IMG/VR virus record: IMGVR_UViG_3300042399_000389
Span: 1-38,727 of that record
Length of the DNA stretch: 38,727 bases
From: a virus
Taxonomy: Duplodnaviria; Caudoviricetes
Reading direction: 5' to 3' (one strand)
Shown here: positions 1 through 9,500 of the stretch, piece by piece
Position numbering within the stretch: the stretch's first letter is position 1
How the letters are laid out: each line of letters opens with the position of its first letter
The notes under the pieces: generated by a model
Database searches by the model: none
The model's input: only the letters and a program-made list of their open reading frames with translations
Told to the model about the DNA's origin: nothing
Made by a program: the position numbers and the translations under genes

Positions 1-312
1 TCTAGCGAAACACAAGACTTAGCCTTTCCTCGTAAAGAAGCTGAATACTTTGATCCGAAACTAGGCACTATGAAGTCTTTAAATAGTATAGAGGTTCCTG
101 GTAGAATTGTCAATGCTACGTATGAACTTGCTTATCATTTATTAAATAATGATGGCCTCTATGATGATACAGGCATGGTTAAAAACTTGGAACTAGGTGA
201 CATTGTATTGGAGACAGTAATGCCTGCCAACAAAACGCCAAGAGTAGTAAAGAGTTATATTAAGCCTTTGTTGTCTAATAGTGGCGCAAGAACATGGTGG
301 AGGGCTAACTAA
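1..312 (+). CDS. Head-tail adaptor-like protein (DnaT-like phage family), 5' partial
   Basis: Frame 1 is open from base 1 (SSETQDLAFPRKEAEYFDPKLGT then MKSL...), so the ATG at 70 is internal. The Q.L.FPR and VP..I..A.YELA motifs and the position before head-closure and terminator genes fit this family. Confidence 0.65.
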   Translation, partial: SSETQDLAFPRKEAEYFDPKLGTMKSLNSIEVPGRIVNATYELAYHLLNNDGLYDDTGMVKNLELGDIVLETVMPANKTPRVVKSYIKPLLSNSGARTWWRAN

Positions 313-653
313 TGGCCTATAAAGGACTTATTGGTAGTCAGCTGAATATGGCTTTTAATATGGCCAAGGACTTAGCGGTTCTTGTAACCTTTCAGAAGGC
401 TGCAAAAGAATTTGATTTTAGTACTGGTACTGTGGACACTGGTGTAATAACCAGTATCCCCGTAAAGGTCATTCCATTAAAAACTAAAAAGACAAAAGAT
501 TCAGAATCCTTACAAATTCTATTAAAGAATAAGGATGTCGGTGATTTGTCTTTATTTTCTACTGTTGTGAATAACGGGGTGGAATGGACTATTGGTACTA
601 TAATCATCTCAAATACATACACTAGCGTACTAGAGCTTACGAGGACATTATAA
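312..653 (+). CDS. Putative head closure (stopper) protein
   Basis: 113 aa, beta-rich, translationally coupled (TAATG overlaps) on both sides; assigned by synteny. Confidence 0.55.
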   Translation: MAYKGLIGSQLNMAFNMAKDLAVLVTFQKAAKEFDFSTGTVDTGVITSIPVKVIPLKTKKTKDSESLQILLKNKDVGDLSLFSTVVNNGVEWTIGTIIISNTYTSVLELTRTL

Positions 654-1063
654 TGGGAAAATTCGTAAGTCTTGAACAGGATGTCTTTAGTGTATTTGCT
701 TCCCCTGAGTGGGTAGCAGAAGATATAAAAACATTCCCGACAAATTATATAGCTGTGAGCAGTGGCAAAGAATTTATTCGCGTCTCTGTGATACCTAGTG
801 GAAACGGTATAAACCGTAATTCTACAAAAGGTATTCTCATAATTGATATTTTTATACCTGCCGGAGAAGGTACAAGACGTGCCTTCGAGATAGCAGACGC
901 ACTTGATTCTCATTTAGTGAATAAGTCTATCAAACACTTAACGGATACAGCTCAAACTCAATTTGGGTTTAGCTCAATTAGTCCTAACGGTGTTGATAAG
1001 GACACGCCTTCACTATATAGAGTCACTTACTCTATCACATTTAATTATTTTTGTAAGGAATAA
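653..1063 (+). CDS. Tail terminator / tail completion protein
   Basis: 136 aa with GILIIDIFIPAGEG...A.EIADAL and C-terminal Y.VTYSITF patterns; directly upstream of the tail tube genes. Confidence 0.7.
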   Translation: MGKFVSLEQDVFSVFASPEWVAEDIKTFPTNYIAVSSGKEFIRVSVIPSGNGINRNSTKGILIIDIFIPAGEGTRRAFEIADALDSHLVNKSIKHLTDTAQTQFGFSSISPNGVDKDTPSLYRVTYSITFNYFCKE

Positions 1064-1065
1064 CA

Positions 1066-1638
1066 ATGGCACACATTTCTAGCTTAACCGCTGCAATGTT
1101 CTCTGATTTATCAGTAAATATAACACCAAGCTCAGACTCAGCATGGAACGCGCTTACTACAGAAGCAAACTATAACGGCAAATTTGCTGGTACTACTGAT
1201 AACATCGGCGTATCTATTTCACATTTGAAAGAGTTTCCTGCTTTAGGTACTCCTGCAAACATTACTAAAGTACCTGAGTACGGTTCTAAAACTTCTAAAC
1301 AAGTACAAGGCCAAGCTGATCTTCCAAATATGGAAATCACACTCAACTACATTCCTACCTTATGGAAAGGAAATGAGCTTTATAATGAAACTACTAACAC
1401 TGCAACAGGTGTTAAAGTGGGTGACGGTAAGCTTTATATCTTCCGTTTTGCTTTATTAGGCACAGAGGCTGCATCTAACCCGACTTCTGCTAACCTAGCT
1501 ACCGTTGAGAACTCTTGCTTTTACTTCTTAGGTAAAATGGAAGCATTGGAAGTAACTTCAAGTTTAACTGAAGCTATGACTGCTAAGCTAACAATTTCAG
1601 TACAATCTGAAATTAAAGGCGCATTCACTAACGGCTAA
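1066..1638 (+). CDS. Major tail (tube) protein, paralog 1
   Basis: 190 aa with tail-tube-like motifs (EFPALGTPANITKVPEYG...Q.QGQAD.P..EITLNY); RBS AAGGA; synteny. Confidence 0.8.
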   Translation: MAHISSLTAAMFSDLSVNITPSSDSAWNALTTEANYNGKFAGTTDNIGVSISHLKEFPALGTPANITKVPEYGSKTSKQVQGQADLPNMEITLNYIPTLWKGNELYNETTNTATGVKVGDGKLYIFRFALLGTEAASNPTSANLATVENSCFYFLGKMEALEVTSSLTEAMTAKLTISVQSEIKGAFTNG

Positions 1639-1647
1639 GGAGGCCTT

Positions 1648-2340
1648 ATGGCAACAGCAAAAGGTCACATTTCTAGCTTAACAGCGGTAATGTTCTCAGA
1701 CTTGTCAATGACTAATTACCCTGTCAGTAACTCAGACTGGGACAGTGCATTTAGTAATCCGCTTACCGTTGAAGATAAGCTTGGTAAATTATTTGACAAT
1801 AAATCAAGATTAGTAACTATTGATGCTGATACTATTCCTGGTGGCGTATCTTTCGCAGATTTGATTGATACTACTAATGATGTATCACCAGGGTCTGCTG
1901 CTAGCTCTGCAGAGTTTGTTCGTATTACTCACTTAAAAGAATTCCCTGCTTTAGGTACACCTGCGAATATCACAAAGGTTCCTGAATACGGTTCTAAAAC
2001 TTCTAAGCAAGTACAAGGACAAGCCGATCTTCCAAATATGGAAATCACTTTAAACTATATTCCTAGTTTATGGGCAGATGCATATGTGTATGATGAAGAG
2101 GGTAGACGTCGTCAGCCAAGAGTTGGTGATGGGAAGACTTATGTATTCCGCTTTACTTTATTAGGCACAGAGCCTTCAGGCTTTACAACAACTGAATTGC
2201 GTGATAGCGAGCATTCATGTTTCTATTTCTTAGGTAAAATTGAAGCTATTGAAGTAACTTCAAGCTTAACCGAAGCAATGACAGCAAAGCTTACTATCTC
2301 GGTTCAATCAGAAATTAAAGGTGCTTATACAGCAGCTTAG
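1648..2340 (+). CDS. Major tail (tube) protein, paralog 2
   Basis: 230 aa; shares 45-aa and 25-aa identical blocks with 1066..1638; strong RBS AAGGAGG. Confidence 0.8.
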   Translation: MATAKGHISSLTAVMFSDLSMTNYPVSNSDWDSAFSNPLTVEDKLGKLFDNKSRLVTIDADTIPGGVSFADLIDTTNDVSPGSAASSAEFVRITHLKEFPALGTPANITKVPEYGSKTSKQVQGQADLPNMEITLNYIPSLWADAYVYDEEGRRRQPRVGDGKTYVFRFTLLGTEPSGFTTTELRDSEHSCFYFLGKIEAIEVTSSLTEAMTAKLTISVQSEIKGAYTAA

Positions 2341-2348
2341 TTTAATTG

Positions 2349-2376
2349 TGGAGGGTTTCGGCCCTCCATTTCTTTT
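2349..2376 (+). terminator. Intrinsic terminator / attenuator after the tail tube genes
   Basis: Hairpin TGGAGGGT-TTCG-GCCCTCCA followed by TTTCTTTT. Confidence 0.8.
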
Positions 2377-2386
2377 CGAGACAACA

Positions 2387-2602
2387 ATGGCTAAAATTAA
2401 ACCATTCAGTATTGACTATGTTGTCGGTATTACCGTTAAACATATGCTGAAAAGTATAGACGTCAGTATTAATAAAACATTCCAACGTACGAAAGATGGT
2501 TCACTTTCAGCTGAAAAATCAGCGGAAGCGTTTGAAGCATTATCCGTATTACATCAAATGAGAGCGCAACTAAATGAACGCCCAAACAATCAAGGTAACT
2601 AA
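2387..2602 (+). CDS. Hypothetical protein (71 aa) in the tail module
   Basis: The in-frame ATG at 2387 (MAKIKPFSIDY...) follows the terminator and a GAG. The ORF-track start at 2321 would overlap the previous gene and the hairpin. Confidence 0.7.
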   Translation: MAKIKPFSIDYVVGITVKHMLKSIDVSINKTFQRTKDGSLSAEKSAEAFEALSVLHQMRAQLNERPNNQGN

Positions 2603-2603
2603 T

Positions 2604-2921
2604 ATGTCAGAAGCAAAAGGTATTAAAGGTCTAGTCGGCCAAAAAATGAACAAATCTACTAAATTTTTAGGTAGTGATGTTAAAATTTCGAAACTAACAG
2701 TAGCAGAAGTTGTAGAAATCCAAAAGCGTGCTCAAGATATTGAAAAAGATGAGACTGCTGGTTTGGAAGTTTTGAAACTAGTAATTCGTTCTGCTGTAGA
2801 AGGCGGTGACGAATTAACCGATGATGATTTTGATAACTTTCCAATGGATGAATTATCTAGACTTTCAAATGATATTATGAAATTCTCAGGTATGGGTCAA
2901 GATCAGGGAAAGTCGTCTTAA
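2604..2921 (+). CDS. Tail assembly chaperone (lambda gpG analogue), 105 aa
   Basis: ATG at 2604 with RBS AAGGT; acidic helical protein ending in the slippery sequence G GGA AAG; upstream of the tape measure gene. Confidence 0.85.
   Translation: MSEAKGIKGLVGQKMNKSTKFLGSDVKISKLTVAEVVEIQKRAQDIEKDETAGLEVLKLVIRSAVEGGDELTDDDFDNFPMDELSRLSNDIMKFSGMGQDQGKSS
2906..2912 (+). other. Programmed -1 ribosomal frameshift site GGGAAAG
   Basis: Same heptamer and phasing as the lambda G/T site (codons CAG GGA AAG). The -1 frame is open from 2912 (VVLSDEELPIFEIAYQLK) into the ORF at 2966. Confidence 0.9.
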
Positions 2922-3256
2922 GTGACGAAGAGCTTCCTATTTTTGAAATAGCGTATCAGCTTAAAATGCCTGTTAGCAAGTTATATGAAGATATGACTTA
3001 TGAAGAGCTTTTAGGCTGGTTTAACTATTTTGAAAGGCGGCCTGTAGAGTGGAGAGCAGATGATCGTGCTTCCAAACTTTTACAGGCACAGGGTGTTAAT
3101 CAAAAGCCTTGGCAGCTATTTACTTCATTAGAGCCTATTTATAATCCGCCCTCCAAGGCTAATTCGGATGGTAGTTTTGATACCAGCAGCTTTAAGCGTT
3201 CTGGATTCTTCCAGAAACTTGCAACTGCCACAGGCGGGGAGTCTGTTCTTAAATGA
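2912..3256 (+). CDS. Tail assembly chaperone frameshift extension (gpGT analogue; fusion 2604..3256, about 217 aa)
   Basis: Open -1 frame continuous with the 2966..3256 ORF; IAYQLKMPV..L...MTYEEL.GW..YF is typical of gpT-like segments; no clear RBS at 2966. Confidence 0.85.
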   Translation, partial: VVLSDEELPIFEIAYQLKMPVSKLYEDMTYEELLGWFNYFERRPVEWRADDRASKLLQAQGVNQKPWQLFTSLEPIYNPPSKANSDGSFDTSSFKRSGFFQKLATATGGESVLK

Positions 3257-3546
3257 ATATGAAAATTGATTTAAATTTAATGTCAGAGTTTAAACAAAAG
3301 TCTGAAATTATCAAAAACAAAGAAGCTAAGAGATTAGTGGAAGAGTTACGTGCAGCAACACCTATAGATACGGGTAGAGCTAGAGCAGGTTGGAAATATG
3401 AAGACGGTCAGATAAGCAATGATGTTGAATACATTGATAGACTCAATGCAGGGAGCAGTACACAAGCGCCCACGCATTTTATAGAAAGAACTCTGCTTGC
3501 AAATGAAAATGTAAGCCCTAATGGTGTAATTGTTACACCTAAATAA
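3253..3546 (+). CDS. HK97 gp10-like tail/neck component
   Basis: Motifs TPIDTGRARAGW and N.VEYI..LN.G.S.QAP..F. Confidence 0.8.
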   Translation: MNMKIDLNLMSEFKQKSEIIKNKEAKRLVEELRAATPIDTGRARAGWKYEDGQISNDVEYIDRLNAGSSTQAPTHFIERTLLANENVSPNGVIVTPK

Positions 3547-3550
3547 TACT

Positions 3551-3580
3551 ACCCCCTTATTCTTAAGTAAGGGGGTTTTT
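3551..3580 (+). terminator. Intrinsic terminator / attenuator just before the tape measure gene
   Basis: Stem ACCCCCTTAT / GTAAGGGGGT with a 6-nt loop, then a T run; the RBS GGAG follows at 3584. Confidence 0.75.
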
Positions 3581-3594
3581 AATGGAGAATTTAA

Positions 3595-6500
3595 ATGTCA
3601 GGTATAGTAATTGAAGTCGATGCTAATACCCGAAAAGCACAGAGAAATCTAGAGGAAGTAAATACTACGGTTAAGTCAATTTCACAAAGTGTGAATTCAA
3701 TGGCCGATGGCTTCAAAAGTGCTTTTATAGCAATTGGAACCACCTTTGCAGCAGATCAGCTTCTAAAGTATGTAGAAGAAACTACATCATCTTTACAAGA
3801 GATGGAAAACAAAGTTGCACTAGTTGTAGGTAAGAGTAACGAATTATATGATACACAAGTAAGACTTAGAAATATTGCAGATGAAACCAATGGTACTTAT
3901 AGAGAAACCGTTGAAGTATTTACTGCAATGGGACGCGCAATGCGTAACACTAATGTTGATATTGATAAATTAGCACGGTCTTCTAAAACAATACAACAAG
4001 CAGTAGCAATCTCAGGCTCTTCTGCAGAAAGCTCTAAAGCAGCTTTAACTCAGTTGGGTCAAGCTTTCTCCTCTGGTGTTTTAAGAGGCGAAGAATTAAA
4101 CTCTGTAATGGAGCAAACACCACGTATTGCAGGCATGATTGCAGACAGTATGGGTGTCACATTAGGTCAAATGAGACTTATTGCTGCTCAGGGAGAAATA
4201 ACTTCTGAAGTAATCTTCAAAGCACTTGCAGATCAAGCAGAAACAATTAATAAAGAATTCAAAAATATTGTACCTACATTATCTACAGGTTTCTTAAAGT
4301 TAAAAGAAAATGCAGCTTATGTATTTGTTGAATTTGACAAAGGCTTGGCGCTGTCTGAAAAGCTTTCAAAGAGTGTTTATAATCTTTCACAAGAATTAGG
4401 AAAGTCTGTTGACAAGGCTTACTTACTTGGAAATGCTTTGCGATTTTCTTTGGTGGGTTTTAAGAATCCACTTGAGGATTTGCTAGAGCCTGTTAAGCAA
4501 ATGTTAGAGATATCAATATATGCAATACAGCATTCTCTAGATACGATTGGTTTGACAAGGTTTATAACCACAGTAATAGAGCCTTTTGTAACTCAATTTA
4601 CTGCTGCTATTGATATCGCAATCATGCGTTGGCAAATGTTTGGCAAAATGCTACGCTCTGTCAAAGGCGATGATATGTTTTATCTATTAAAACCTATGCA
4701 AGCTATTGGCGAAATAACAGCATTAACTCTTAGAAATACATTAGTAAAAGTTAGTGCAGAAATCTTGGCATATGAGCAATCTGTCACAGGTCGTTTTAGA
4801 GCATTCATAATAAAGGAAATGAGATCCTTTAATATAGGTGGCGAAATTGTCTGGTACAGAATGTCTAAACAATTAATACAGAATTTAAGAGATACTGTCT
4901 TTGGTACTGACTCTGTTGCTGGAATTATTAGCAGTTTTGTAGGTTCTTTATTTTTAACACTTTCTACGGATCTTGTATCTGGTTTAAGAGATCTTGGAGA
5001 AACTCTAGCAGGCTACAATATACTTGAAAAGCTTTTTGGTGTTAGTTTTGGTGGCTCAAAGCTTGCAAGAATTGCTGGAAACTTAATGGTAACAGTGGCA
5101 GGTCTAGTAGACTCTTTAATGAATTCTCTAGTAAATGCTTCTGAAACATTCACTGAAGAATTATACTATAGACTAGCAGAAGGACTTAATTTAGTATTGC
5201 CTAAGTTTGCGCAAATAGACATGCCTATTGCCTTTAAGGTACATGTTGTATTTTCAAACATAGAGCAAAGTCTTGATAAAGTTTTAGATAGCCTTGTATC
5301 TGCAACAGCAATGTTGTCAAAGATAGATTTATTTGGTGCACTTACTGACGCTGCGTCTTATGCTTCTGGTGTATTTGTTGAGGTTTTAAATGTACTTTTA
5401 CATTGGATAACAACATTCTCCGAATTAGCTTTAAGAGGAGATTTAACAAATTGGTTTGAAGCCTTGGTAGACAAGGTACAATATTATTCAGATACTCTGA
5501 TAAAAGCATTAGCTCCAATTCAAGCTTTTGGTGATGCTGTTATTCAAGTGTTCTTTGAGATATATGACGCTGTTATTGCACATTCTTGGTGGACAGATAC
5601 TATTGATGAAATCATATACACATCTGCAACCTTATGGGGCAATACTTCAGTAGGCCTCAAGACTTTTGGAGACAATGTAATTGACTTGTTTGAAGTCATT
5701 TATACAAAGATTGGCGGTGTTTTAAATAGGATAGCTAGCCTTGATTTGTCGAAAACAATGTTCAAACTCAATAGCAAACTATATGCCTATTCACCTAACT
5801 TAGCTGGATACGCTAAAGCTATTGAGGACTCTATACAAAAGTCTGTTGTATTCTTAAGAGATGTATTTTCAAATGATTTACTATTCAAAGGTTTGAGATA
5901 TTCATTCACTGATACAATGTCTGGTGTTCTATCTTTTGTAAATCAAAGATTTAGAGCTTGGTTTAACACATGGCCATTGGCATTAAGACAAGCCTTTTCA
6001 GCCACAGTAATGGCAACGATTTTCAGCTCGTTACCTAAAGTTATTGCAGACGGTGTAATTGGCGGTTGGTTGCTAGCCTCCTCAATTATTGCAGGGACAT
6101 CACTAGCTATTACGATTACTGCAAATACCTTTGATAAGAGCTTAGGCGTAGAGTTAGGCAAAGCAGCAGGTGATATTGCATCTGGTGTTGTTAATGGTTC
6201 GCTTGTAGATATACCGAGATTGATTGGAGAAGGCTTTGCATTCTTTGGCAACTTTATGGAAAACTTCTTGACAGGTCTTCCTTACCTTGGTGTAATATTC
6301 TCTGGTATCTTTAAGATTGCGTCTTTGTTTGGTTCTGCACCAGCAGTAGGTTTGTTGGGTGCTTGGCTATTTGGCGGATCTCTTGTAAGACTAATGGTTG
6401 AATTAGGTGTCTACCGCAAAGGTTTGAGTGATGTATTACAGCGTCAGCGTAGTGTACAGTCATTCTTTATGGGTACTTACACAGGCAATAAGACTGCAGG

Positions 6501-9500
6501 TGGACAACCTACTCCTTTAGGCAAAATGTCTAAAGCATTCTTTAATGATACAAACAGAACTCAAAGCCTTGCTATTACAGGGTTGATGATGGACTTCTCA
6601 GGCATGTTTAATTCATTGTACAAAGATAATGTAATTGGGCACGCAATCGCAAGAGGCGGTTTGATTTGGTTAGCACTAACAGGTGAATCAGGTCTTAAAG
6701 ATTTGAAAACAGGTGTACTTGATCCAATGTTGTCGCATCTACACAATGCAATGGATCGTAGTCCTGTGTGGGGCAAAGTAAGAGACAAGTGGAGAAAAGA
6801 AGTCACAATGTCTGGTACTGGCGGTTTTAGCGGGTTTACCCAATGGATGGCTAGAGAGCTGAACAATATTTCTTTAAAGACAAGTGATCACTTATCTAAA
6901 GCTTTCAGCAAAAGTAATAAAATAAATGGCGGTACTTTTCTTCAGCATTTGCTATTAGGAAGAGATGCCAATACTTCTGGATTCTTTGATCGGTTTATCC
7001 TTGGTATTGAATCTGGTATGAAGCGTTTGCAAGATAAAATTGCAAACATGAAAGGCGGTTCTTTACTGAACAAAATCATACCTACACCAAAGCAAATATT
7101 TACAGCATTGTTTTTAGTTGGCTCTTTATTGTCAGCTATGTCTGCGCAAGGTGCAACTATAGATTCTGATAATTATTCTCCATTTAAGAATTACTCTGCT
7201 AAAGATAAAGATTCTGAGAAAATCCCAACCCCAATGTTTCCAGACGCAAATCCGTTACAAGCAACATTAGACTTTTGGGAGTCTATGACAGCAACTACGA
7301 CACAAATACTGCTAGCTGTTACTGCAGCAACAGGTGTGTCAATGATTGTATTTAAGGAATACAAACGATTTGCAGCAGCTACTTACGCAAATATTGACCG
7401 TGGCGCACTTGTTATGAGTGGTCTGTCTTATACATTAAAGACAATATTTAGCATGGCTGTTGAAGGCTTGGTAGGCGTTATTAGACTTTTGTATTTAGAA
7501 ACGATTCAATTCAGAAGACCAGAATTAGCAGGGCTTGAATTACTTACGGTTAGAATTAGAAGTGCAATGGCAGTTGTCTTGCGATTCTTAGCTGCTGTTT
7601 ATGCTCCTCAGCTATTTGGTTTTGGTGCAATTGGAACAGGGTTAAGTGCATTAGGCGCGTATGCAGCTTATATGAGTGGACCTGGGATAGCCTTAAGAAC
7701 TGCTGTTAACGCTAGACTAGAAGCAGCTATTATTGCAAAAGATGCAATGTTTATGAAGCTAGACGCTAAGTTTGCTAAATTAGCTTATACTAACGCAACA
7801 CTCGCACCTGCATTGCCTCTCTTAAGAACTGTAGATATGCTACTACAAGGTGCAGCAGCAGTTGGTAGTAGAGCTGCTACAAAGGCATTTAGGTTACCTG
7901 AAGGCGTATTGGCAGAGTCTATAGCATCTGCGCGTAAATCTCGTATTGCTCAATATATGAATGCGCCTAGTTATGCGGTTGCTGCTGCAAATATGGCAAC
8001 AGGCGGTGAAAGAGCGCGGGCAAACTTTATCAACGCTACTGATAAGAAAGGCTTGAGAAATGCTTTTGGTGTACAAGAAACCATTGCAGTATTAGATGTG
8101 CTTTCTAGCGGCATGCGTAGGTTTGCAAATACTCTAAAAGTTATTAGCGGTACAGTAGACTTTGCAATGAAAGGCATTAGCGCTGCAGCTACGTATCGTG
8201 CAACTAGTTTGTTAATGGCTTTATATGTAATTGGCAACCTTGTAAATGCAATAGCAAATCCAAAGAAACGTGGAGAACAAGAAGGCTTCATGGGGACGGG
8301 GCATTCAATGGGCTTTGATTACTTAGGTAATATGCCTGTACCTGGTGGCGGTGAAATTCCTTTGAGTCATCTGTTAATTCCTGCTGCTATTGGCACCTTT
8401 ATGATGAAGAGTGCTAAGAAGGTAGGCTTAAGCAGAGCACACGATGTTCAAATGGACAAGATTACAAAGCGTTGGGAAAGACAAAATGCTACTGCAATTG
8501 CAGCTGATGAAGCAGCAACGCGTTCTTATAATCTTCAAAAATATATGTTTGAGCGGTCAGCTCCTGGTACAATGGTTCCGCCTATAATGCCAACGATGAC
8601 AGCACCTCCTCGTCCACAAAGATTAAACGAAACTCAATTAGCAGCAAGAGATGCTCGTAAAAATGCTAAACTAGAGTGGGAAAGAAATCAAGCTAATGAA
8701 AATTGGATGGCACGCCAAAATGCAAAAGAGTTTGCAAGACGTGGTATAGGTAGCGCTGCTGAATTCATGGCAATGGATGCAGTACAAAGAAGTCTATCTG
8801 GTGTTAGACTCACGCAAAAAGAATTCCTTGATCAAAGACATGCCGAAAGAATGGCGGCAGGTAAGGGTTCTGTTATTCGTCATAATATGCCTGCTGTTGC
8901 AGGTGCGGGTATTGCTGGTGCGGGATTATTAGCCGCTGGTGGCTATCTAGGCGCAAAAGCTGGTTCTATGATGTCAGATGGTTCTCAAGATGGTATTTCA
9001 ATGGGGCTGGGCATCGGAGCAGTAGTTGCTGGTATTTACGGCAGAGATATTGTAACTGGTGTATTTAACGCATTAAGCAATACTAAAAATCTTAAGCTAT
9101 TTAAATGGACATGGATTCCTGTTGCATTGGCAGCTGCTTGGGACTCTATTTCAACAGCACATAAAACGCTATGGGATAGAATGTCAGAGTTGTGGGAAGG
9201 CTTTAAGAAATCAATAGGTCTTAAAAGCGAACCAAAAGATGCTAAGACAGGTCTCACTGAATCAAGCATGATAGAGGCTGCTAAATTAGGACTAGCTCCT
9301 TCTTTTGATATTTCTAAGATTGACATGAGTAAACTTAGCTACTCTGAAGAAACTGTATTCAAAGATACTCAAAAGCGTACTGAAGAAGCTTTAGCTGCTT
9401 CAATGGCTGAGAGATTGAAAATGGGTATGGTAGCAGATGAGACTGCAAATGCAGCTTCAGAAGCTTTAAAAGCTTTATCTCGTGTGTCAAAAGAGTTTGC

